Origin: Candidatus Rokuibacteriota bacterium
Lineage (GTDB): Bacteria; Methylomirabilota; Methylomirabilia; Rokubacteriales; CSP1-6
Length of the DNA stretch: 42,447 nt
Assembly: GCA_016201645.1 (NCBI GenBank)
Contig: JACQCL010000163.1
Span: 1-42,447, forward strand
Direction: 5' to 3'
In this document: positions 36,462-42,447 of the stretch, one piece after another
How positions within the stretch are numbered: position 1 is the first letter of the stretch
Layout of the letters: each line of letters opens with the position of its first letter
Program-made: the position numbers and the translations under genes
Notes under the pieces: generated by a model
Told to the model about the DNA's origin: nothing
Database searches by the model: none
What the model saw: only the letters and a program-made list of their open reading frames with translations

Positions 36462-37582
36462 AGCTGGCGATCATCTGCCGGGCGTTTGTCTTTCACGGCG
36501 GGCTCGAGAACGCGACGGCGGGCCTGATCGGGGCACTGGTGCGCCAGAAGCATGAGGTGCACCTCTTCTCGACGCGGGGCCAGCAGGAGATTCCCGGCGT
36601 GAGGCTCCACCGCCTCCCCGTGATCGGGGCGCCCTCTCTCGCGCGGATCGTCTCTTTCGCGTTGGCGGCCAAGGCCGCGGTCTCGCGGGAGCGCTTCGAC
36701 GTGGTCCAGAGCCACGAGCGGACGCTCGTTCAGGACGTGTACCGGGCAGGGGAGGGATGTCACCGGGCGTACCTCGAGGTCAAGGCCAAGCACCTCGGAG
36801 CGCTCCTGCGTCCCGCTCTCTGGGCGAACCCTTCCCACCGCGCTCTGCTCTCTCTGGAGCGGAAAATCTTCTCCCCCGAGGGCACGAGGCGCATCGTCGC
36901 CATCTCCCGGCTCGGCAAAGCTGAAATCCAGCGCCTCTACGGGTTCCCCGATTCCCGGGTGAGCGTGATCTATAACGGCGTGGACCAGGAACGGTTCCAC
37001 CCAGCCGACCGCGAGCCCTATCGCGCGGAGGTCCGCGAGGCGCTCGGCGTCCCCCAGAACGCCTGGGTGGTCCTGTTCGTCGGGTCGGGCTTTGAGCGAA
37101 AGGGTTTGGGTCCGTTGATCGAGGGGTTCGCGCTGATGAAAGATCGCGCGAGCCGGTTGGTGGTCGTGGGCAAAGGGAACGAGGCTCCTTATCGAGCCTG
37201 GGCTACCCGGCTCGGCGTCGCCGAGCGCGTCTCGTGGCTCGGGCCTCGTGCCGACATCGAACGGTATTACGCGGCCGCCGATGCCGTGGCGCTTCCCGCG
37301 CTCTACGAACCGTTCGGCAACGTCCACCTTGAGGCGCTGGCGTCGGGCCTTCCGGTGCTGGCCTCGTCGCGGGCCGGAGGCTCCGAGGTGGTGAGCCACG
37401 GGAAGAACGGCTGGATTCTCGACGACCCGGAGGACGTGCGTGCGATTAGGGAAGGGCTCCTGGCGCTTCGCGACGGCGGCCAGAGTTGGCGCGACGTCGC
37501 CCGGGCAGCGGCGATTCCGTTCACGTTCGAGGCCCAGGCGCGCTTTTTCGCCGATCTCTACCGGTCTCTGGGTCCACGCTGA
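36458..37582 (+). CDS. GT4 glycosyltransferase, WaaG (LPS glucosyltransferase I)-like, 374 aa
   Basis: N-terminus F.FHGGLE, H.ALLSLERKIF (compare WaaG RHYAAFERATF), VGSGFERKGL, YEPFGNVHLEALASGLPVL. ATGA overlap. Confidence 0.7.
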   Translation: MKLAIICRAFVFHGGLENATAGLIGALVRQKHEVHLFSTRGQQEIPGVRLHRLPVIGAPSLARIVSFALAAKAAVSRERFDVVQSHERTLVQDVYRAGEGCHRAYLEVKAKHLGALLRPALWANPSHRALLSLERKIFSPEGTRRIVAISRLGKAEIQRLYGFPDSRVSVIYNGVDQERFHPADREPYRAEVREALGVPQNAWVVLFVGSGFERKGLGPLIEGFALMKDRASRLVVVGKGNEAPYRAWATRLGVAERVSWLGPRADIERYYAAADAVALPALYEPFGNVHLEALASGLPVLASSRAGGSEVVSHGKNGWILDDPEDVRAIREGLLALRDGGQSWRDVARAAAIPFTFEAQARFFADLYRSLGPR

Positions 37583-37596
37583 AACTCGATTTTCCA

Positions 37597-37625
37597 TTGA
37601 AAAATTGAGCCGTTCGGATTACACT
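37597..37625 (+). promoter_or_regulatory. Putative sigma70 promoter for gmhB-hldA-hldC-waaC-GT2-trpS
   Basis: TTGAAA (37597-37602), 17-nt spacer, TACACT (37620-37625), inside a conspicuously AT-rich 51-nt gap. Confidence 0.5.
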
Positions 37626-37633
37626 GCCCAACG

Positions 37634-38215
37634 ATGCCCGGTGCCGCGGCAGTGCTCATTGACCGTGACGGGACCCTGACCGAGGAAGTGGGGTACGTCA
37701 ATCACCCCAAGCGGCTTCGGCTTCTTCCCCGGAGTGCCGAAGCCGTCCGCCGCCTCAATCGTTCGGGGGTCAAGGCCGTGATGGTGACGAACCAGAGCGG
37801 CGTGGCCCGGGGCTACTTCACTGAGGAGGTCCTCCAGGCGGTGAACGAGGCGCTGGTGAGCCAGCTCAAAGCTGAGGGCGCCTATCTGGACGGCCTCTAC
37901 GTCTGTGTCCATCACCCGACCCTGGGCGAGCCCCCGTACCGCGCGGTCTGCGATTGCCGGAAACCCGAGCCGGGTCTTCTGAGACGCGCGGCGGCCGATC
38001 TCGGGCTGGACCTTTCTCGCTCGTGGACGGTGGGCGATAAGATCTCAGACGTCCTCGCAGGCCGACGCGCGGGAACGGGTTCGATCCTCGTCCTGACCGG
38101 CTACGGGCTCGGCGAGTGGGAATTCCGCCGCTCGCGATGGCCGACCCCGCCCGACCACGTGGCCGAGGACCTCCTTGCTGCGGTGGAGTGGATCCAGAAG
38201 GGAGGGCCTCGGTAA
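37634..38215 (+). CDS. gmhB: D-glycero-D-manno-heptose 1,7-bisphosphate 7-phosphatase (HAD-IIIA)
   Basis: DRDGT nucleophile motif, TNQSGVARG, and the zinc-site pattern C.H...C.C (YVCVHH...VCDCRKPEPG). GDK..D motif IV. Confidence 0.88.
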   Translation: MPGAAAVLIDRDGTLTEEVGYVNHPKRLRLLPRSAEAVRRLNRSGVKAVMVTNQSGVARGYFTEEVLQAVNEALVSQLKAEGAYLDGLYVCVHHPTLGEPPYRAVCDCRKPEPGLLRRAAADLGLDLSRSWTVGDKISDVLAGRRAGTGSILVLTGYGLGEWEFRRSRWPTPPDHVAEDLLAAVEWIQKGGPR

Positions 38216-39231
38216 TGTTTTCTCCCGGGCGTCTCCGCGCGGCAGTGGAACGGTTTGGGGGAAAGACGGTCCTGGTCGTCGGCGACCTCATCGCCGACGA
38301 GTACATCTACGGCAAGCCGTCCCGCATCTCGCGCGAGGCCCCGGTCCTCATCCTGCGCTTCCTCTCCCGCGAGGTGAGGCTCGGCGGGGCCGCCAACGCC
38401 TCCCACAACGTGCATGCCCTGGGCGCTCGCGTCATCCCGGTGGGAGTCCTCGGCACCGACTCGGCGGGCGACGAAGTGCTCCGGCTCTGCCGCTCCGTCG
38501 GAATTCCCACCGAGGGAATCGTCCGGACGGGCGAACGGACCACTCCGGTGAAGACCCGGATCATGGCGGGCGGCTACCAGTCCACCCGCCAGCAAGTGGT
38601 GCGGGTGGATCGAGAGCCGGTTCCGGTGCTGGACCCCAGGAGCGAGGAAACCCTGATCAAGCGCGTGGCGACGTTGGGAGCGACGGCCGATGCCATCCTC
38701 CTCTCCGACTACGGGTACGGCCTCCTGACCCCCGCGATCCTGGAACAGGTCATGACCGTCGCCCGACAGCACGGCGGGCTGGTGACGGCCGACAGCCGCT
38801 ACGACCTGCTTCGGTTCCGCGGCGTCACCGCGGCGACGCCCAACGAGCCCGAGGTCGAGGAGCTCGTGGGCAGCTCTCTCGAGGACGAGCCCGCGGCCGA
38901 GAAGGCCGCTCGTCAACTGTTGGAGCGTCTGGAGTGCCGGTACCTCCTCGTGACGCGGGGGAGCCGCGGGATGGCGCTTGTCGAGCGGGAAGGGCCGGCC
39001 ACCTTCCTTCCGATCCACGGGACCGACGAGATCGCCGACGTGACCGGGGCCGGGGACACCGTGATCAGCACCTTCACGCTCGCGCTGGCGGCGGGCAGCC
39101 CTCCCGTCGAGGCGGCCTGGCTTGCCAACGTCGCGGCCGGCGTCGTGGTCATGAAACGGGGGACGGCGCCGATCGCCAGCGCCGAACTTCTCCACGCCCT
39201 CGCGAGCGATGGCACGCCGCGTGAGCCTTGA
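38215..39231 (+). CDS. hldA: D-glycero-beta-D-manno-heptose-7-phosphate kinase (RfaE domain I, PfkB family)
   Basis: [18 protein letters not shown], and the PfkB motif [11 protein letters not shown] 38215 shares 1 nt with the gmhB TAA. Confidence 0.88.
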   Translation: MFSPGRLRAAVERFGGKTVLVVGDLIADEYIYGKPSRISREAPVLILRFLSREVRLGGAANASHNVHALGARVIPVGVLGTDSAGDEVLRLCRSVGIPTEGIVRTGERTTPVKTRIMAGGYQSTRQQVVRVDREPVPVLDPRSEETLIKRVATLGATADAILLSDYGYGLLTPAILEQVMTVARQHGGLVTADSRYDLLRFRGVTAATPNEPEVEELVGSSLEDEPAAEKAARQLLERLECRYLLVTRGSRGMALVEREGPATFLPIHGTDEIADVTGAGDTVISTFTLALAAGSPPVEAAWLANVAAGVVVMKRGTAPIASAELLHALASDGTPREP

Positions 39232-39694
39232 GGAAGCGGCCGAGATCGCGGCGCGGCTCACCGCAGCGGGAAAACGTCTCGTCCTCGCCAACGGCTGTTT
39301 CGATCTCCTCCACGTGGGCCACGTGCGCTACCTGGAGGGGGCGCGCCGGCTCGGCGACGCGCTCCTCGTGGCCGTGAACTCTGACGCCTCGGTGAGGCGG
39401 CTGAAAGGGCCTGGCCGGCCGATCATGCCCGAGGCCGAGCGCGCCGAGATTGTCTCGGCCCTGAGCGCCGTGGACTACGTGCTCGTGTTCGACGATGACA
39501 CGGCGGACGCCCTGATTTCCCGCCTGAGACCGGCGGTGCACGCCAAGGGAACCGACTACACGGAAGAGACCGTCCCGGAGCGTCGATCGGTTCTCTCCCA
39601 GGGCGGCAGCGTGGCCATTGCCGGCGATGCCAAGAGCCACTCGAGCCGCGAACTGATCCAGACGATCGTGCGAGCCTTCGGGAAGCCGGGATGA
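39209..39694 (+). CDS. hldC: D-glycero-beta-D-manno-heptose 1-phosphate adenylyltransferase (RfaE domain II, cytidylyltransferase fold)
   Basis: [15 protein letters not shown] (H.GH nucleotidyltransferase motif), VAVNSD.SV. It overlaps the hldA 3' end. An alternative GTG lies at 39221. Confidence 0.88.
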   Translation: MARRVSLEEAAEIAARLTAAGKRLVLANGCFDLLHVGHVRYLEGARRLGDALLVAVNSDASVRRLKGPGRPIMPEAERAEIVSALSAVDYVLVFDDDTADALISRLRPAVHAKGTDYTEETVPERRSVLSQGGSVAIAGDAKSHSSRELIQTIVRAFGKPG

Positions 39695-40695
39695 ACATTG
39701 CGATCGTCAAGCTCTCCTCGCTGGGCGACGTGCTCCACGCCCTCCCGGTGGCCCACGCGCTCAGGCGCCACTTCCCCACGGCGCACCTCACGTGGATCGT
39801 GGAGGCGCGGGAATCTGCGATCCTCGCGGATCAGCCGGATCTGAACGTCGTGGTGCCGGTGGACACGCGGCTCTGGCGGCGCCTCATCTGGCGGCCCGCC
39901 GGGGCGCGGGAGGTGCTGGGAAAGCTGTCCCGGTTGACGGAGCGTCTCCGCGGGGCCCGCTTCGATGTCGCCATTGATCTCCAAGGGCTGATCAAGAGCG
40001 GCCTCCTTACGGCCTATACCGGTGCCCCTCTCCGGATCGGCTTCGCGTTCTCCCACTGCTGGGAGCCGCTCAACATCCTCTTCACGAACCATCGGGTCAA
40101 GCCGCCGCGTCACGCGGTGCATGTGGTGGAGCAATACCTCTCGCTCCTCGAACCGCTCGGCGTGAGGGACGAACCGCCCGCCTTTCTGCTTCCCTCGGAC
40201 GCGGAGGCCGAGAGGCGGATTGACGAGTTCCTGGCCGCCGAGGGCGTCAAGCCCCGCGACCGTCTCGTCGCTCTCAATCCGGGAGCCGGCCACCCGTCGA
40301 AGCGCTGGCCCGTCGAATATTTCGCGCGGGTGGCCGAGAGGCTGGCGGTGGAGGCCGGGGTGCGGGTGCTCCTCCTCTGGGGCCCTGACGAGGAGGGGAT
40401 GGCGCGGGCCATCGCCACCCGGACGACCTCGCGGCCGGTCCTGGCGCCGGCGACGTCTATTCCCGAACTCTGCGCTCTCCTGCGCCGCACGGCGCTGATG
40501 GTGGCGGGGGACACCGGGCCGCTTCACCTGGCGGCGGCCCTCGGCACCCCGTGCGTCGGCCTGTACGGTCCCACCCGCGCCGAGCGCAACGGGCCCTACG
40601 GGAGTCACTGCAAGAGCCTCCAGAGCCCGAACGGATCCATGGCGGCCATCTCCCCGGACGCCGCCTTCGCCGCGTCGCTGGAGCTCCTGGAATGA
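39691..40695 (+). CDS. waaC: GT9 ADP-heptose:LPS heptosyltransferase I, WaaC-like
   Basis: [17 protein letters not shown] (E. coli WaaC: IVKTSSMGDVLHTLP), [44 protein letters not shown] overlap. Confidence 0.8.
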   Translation: MNIAIVKLSSLGDVLHALPVAHALRRHFPTAHLTWIVEARESAILADQPDLNVVVPVDTRLWRRLIWRPAGAREVLGKLSRLTERLRGARFDVAIDLQGLIKSGLLTAYTGAPLRIGFAFSHCWEPLNILFTNHRVKPPRHAVHVVEQYLSLLEPLGVRDEPPAFLLPSDAEAERRIDEFLAAEGVKPRDRLVALNPGAGHPSKRWPVEYFARVAERLAVEAGVRVLLLWGPDEEGMARAIATRTTSRPVLAPATSIPELCALLRRTALMVAGDTGPLHLAAALGTPCVGLYGPTRAERNGPYGSHCKSLQSPNGSMAAISPDAAFAASLELLE

Positions 40696-41450
40696 CCGCC
40701 TTGTCCGTAACGGTCATCACGTGGAACGAAGAAGAGCGGCTCCGCCCGTGCCTGGAGAGCGTGAGCTGGGCCGACGAGATCATCGTCGTTGATGCCGAGT
40801 CCACCGACAAGACGGTCCAGGTGGCGCGGGAGTTCACCGACCGGATCTGGGTGAGGCCGTGGCCGGGCTTCGCGGACCAGAAGAACTTCGCCCTGGAGCA
40901 GGCGGCGGGGGAGTGGGTCCTCTCGCTGGACGCCGACGAGCAGGTCACCCCGGAGCTCAGGCGCGCGATCGAAGCCGTGCTCGACTCGGGCGTCGCCGTG
41001 GATGGCTACGCGATTCCCCGGAAGAACATCTTCTGGGGAGCCTGGATCCGGCACGGGCGGCTCTATCCTGACTACCAACTCCGGCTGTTCAAGCGCGGCA
41101 GCGGGCGGTTCGTGGAGCGCGCGGTGCACGAGTCTGTGGAAGTCCGCGGGACGGTGGGGCGCCTCCAGTCCCCGCTCCTCCACCAGTCGTACCGGAGTCT
41201 GGAGGAGTTCCTCGGGCGCTCCAACCGGTATTCCACGCTGGCCGCCGAGGAGTGGATCCGGCAGGGCAGGCGGGTCGGCCTCGCCGATCTGGCCCTCCGT
41301 CCCCTCGGTCGATTCCTCTCGATGTACCTCCTCCACGGTGGATTTCTGGACGGCTGGCGGGGCTTTCTCCTGGCGGGGCTCTACGCCCACTACGTCTTCC
41401 TCAGGACGGCGAAGGTGTGGGAAGCCCGGCGCGCCGCCGCGGGACGCTGA
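40692..41450 (+). CDS. GT2 glycosyltransferase, WaaE/KdtX-like LPS core enzyme (252 aa)
   Basis: SV.VIT.NEE..L..CL.S...ADEI.VVD..S.D.T, with the D.D motif in LSLDADE. The C-terminal amphipathic region is typical of small core GT2 enzymes. ATGA overlap with waaC. Confidence 0.7.
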   Translation: MTALSVTVITWNEEERLRPCLESVSWADEIIVVDAESTDKTVQVAREFTDRIWVRPWPGFADQKNFALEQAAGEWVLSLDADEQVTPELRRAIEAVLDSGVAVDGYAIPRKNIFWGAWIRHGRLYPDYQLRLFKRGSGRFVERAVHESVEVRGTVGRLQSPLLHQSYRSLEEFLGRSNRYSTLAAEEWIRQGRRVGLADLALRPLGRFLSMYLLHGGFLDGWRGFLLAGLYAHYVFLRTAKVWEARRAAAGR

Positions 41451-41452
41451 GC

Positions 41453-42445
41453 ATGACCGAGCGGCGCCAGAGGGTGCTCTCGGGGATGCGCCCCACGGGA
41501 AAGCTTCACCTGGGGAACTACCTGGGCGCCCTCGACAACTGGGTCAAGCTCCAGGAGGACTACGACTGCTTCTACTTCGTCGCCAACTGGCACGCGCTCA
41601 CGACCGACTATGCGCACGCGGGCGAGATCCCGGAGAACACCGTCGAAATGCTGGCAGACTGGCTCGGCGCCGGCCTCAGCCCCGAACGCTCGACGCTCTT
41701 CGTCCAGTCGCTGGTGCCCGAGCACGCGGAGCTGCACCTGTTGTTCTCCATGATCATCCCCGTGTCGTGGCTCGAACGCGTGCCGACGTACAAGGAGATG
41801 ATCGAGCAGCTGGAACTTCAGTCGCCGTCGTATGGTCTCCTCGGCTATCCGCTGCTTCAGGCGGCAGACATCCTGATGTACAAGCCCCGGTACGTCCCGG
41901 TGGGCGTGGACCAGCTCCCGCACATCGAGCTGACCCGCGAGGTGGCCCGGCGCTTCAGCAACGCCTTCGGCCCCGTCTTTCCCGAGCCGGAGGCGAAGCT
42001 GACTGAGATTCCCAAAGTGCCCGGCACCGACGGGCGCAAGATGTCCAAGAGCTACGGCAATGCGATCTACCTCTCCGACCCGCCGGAGATCCTCACGCCG
42101 AAGATCAAGACCATGATGACCGATCCGGCCCGGAAGCGGCGGAGCGACCCGGGGAACCCCGACGTGTGCCCGGTCTTCGACCTCCACAAGATCTTCACGC
42201 CCGACGCGCCGCGGCAGGCGTGCGCCACGGGGTGCCGGACAGCCGGGATCGGCTGCCTGGACTGCAAGGGGGTTCTCCTGGAGCATCTCCTCACTCCGCT
42301 CGGGGCGATCAGGGAGCGACGTCAGAAATTCATGGAAAAGCCAAAGGAAATCACTGAGATTCTGAGAGAAGGCTCAAAGAACGCTCGAAGGGTCGCGCAG
42401 GCCACCATGGCAGAGGTCCGCCGCGCGGTAGGACTCGCCCTATGA
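41453..42445 (+). CDS. trpS: Tryptophan--tRNA ligase (class I), with a C-terminal Cys cluster
   Basis: SGMRPTGKLHLGNY (HIGH-type motif), GVDQ..H.EL.R and KMSKS. Stop TGA at 42443-42445. Five Cys lie within 33 residues near the C-terminus. Confidence 0.92.
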   Translation: MTERRQRVLSGMRPTGKLHLGNYLGALDNWVKLQEDYDCFYFVANWHALTTDYAHAGEIPENTVEMLADWLGAGLSPERSTLFVQSLVPEHAELHLLFSMIIPVSWLERVPTYKEMIEQLELQSPSYGLLGYPLLQAADILMYKPRYVPVGVDQLPHIELTREVARRFSNAFGPVFPEPEAKLTEIPKVPGTDGRKMSKSYGNAIYLSDPPEILTPKIKTMMTDPARKRRSDPGNPDVCPVFDLHKIFTPDAPRQACATGCRTAGIGCLDCKGVLLEHLLTPLGAIRERRQKFMEKPKEITEILREGSKNARRVAQATMAEVRRAVGLAL

Positions 42446-42447
42446 CC

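Noticed and set aside
38175-39224. Long alternate-frame + strand ORFs. Examples: 38175..39224 (349 aa), 41002..42006, 10533..11198, 13320..13940. Also the 5' extensions of track ORFs at 4435, 5219, 12637, 19836, 26271, 29147, 31629, 35262, 36314, 40551 and 41252.
   Set aside because: Their composition is R/G/P/S-rich and low-complexity. They overlap upstream or host genes out of frame, and homology-consistent starts with SD sequences or stop-overlaps exist further downstream. I treat them as GC artefacts, not overlapping genes.
1-42447. Scanned for tRNA, rRNA and other structured RNA genes, CRISPR repeats, IS elements, integrases, inverted terminal repeats, and defence or toxin-antitoxin modules.
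   Set aside because: Nothing recognisable was found. Intergenic space is minimal and every long + strand ORF has a confident housekeeping or LPS assignment. This was a visual scan only; Infernal/tRNAscan and repeat finders would be needed for certainty.

Overview
This is a visibly GC-rich chromosomal segment (about two-thirds G+C by eye, not computed) from a diderm (LPS-producing) bacterium. I call 38 protein-coding genes, all on the + strand and densely packed. Many neighbours share 1-, 4- or 8-nt start/stop overlaps (ATGA, GTGA, TTGA, TGATG, ATGAGTGA).

Gene order:
- secA (3' end) | smc
- rodZ-ftsY-ribD-ribE-ribBA-ribH-nusB-metallophosphoesterase-lnt-prfB-lysS-lolC/E-lolD
- ilvE | clpC
- bamA-skp-lpxD-lpxA-oxidoreductase-lpxI-lpxB-DUF374(LpxJ-like)-waaA-lpxK-waaF-like GT9-five GT-B glycosyltransferases
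- gmhB-hldA-hldC-waaC-GT2-trpS

I saw no rRNA, tRNA, CRISPR array, transposase, integrase or obvious defence or toxin module. The many long antisense and alternate-frame ORFs in the track look like high-GC artefacts. I did not find a convincing undescribed multi-gene system; this reads as conserved core genome plus an LPS core-oligosaccharide cluster.

Items worth a second look:
- The classical prfB +1 programmed frameshift, which must be annotated as a join.
- A 1-nt frame break in the GGGCCCC run at the 5' end of lolD.
- Two genes (clpC and a metallophosphoesterase) whose conserved N-terminal coding sequence lies upstream of any canonical start. Each has a near-cognate codon (ACG, ATC) at SD-appropriate spacing.
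- A Gfo/Idh/MocA oxidoreductase (GnnA-like?) and a DUF374/LpxJ-like gene embedded in the lipid A operon.
- A recurrent TTACACT -10-like element in three of the few intergenic gaps.
- A five-cysteine cluster in TrpRS resembling the Fe-S-binding TrpRS subclass.

Gene starts were re-placed by hand from homology expectations and overlaps, so they carry a few codons of uncertainty.
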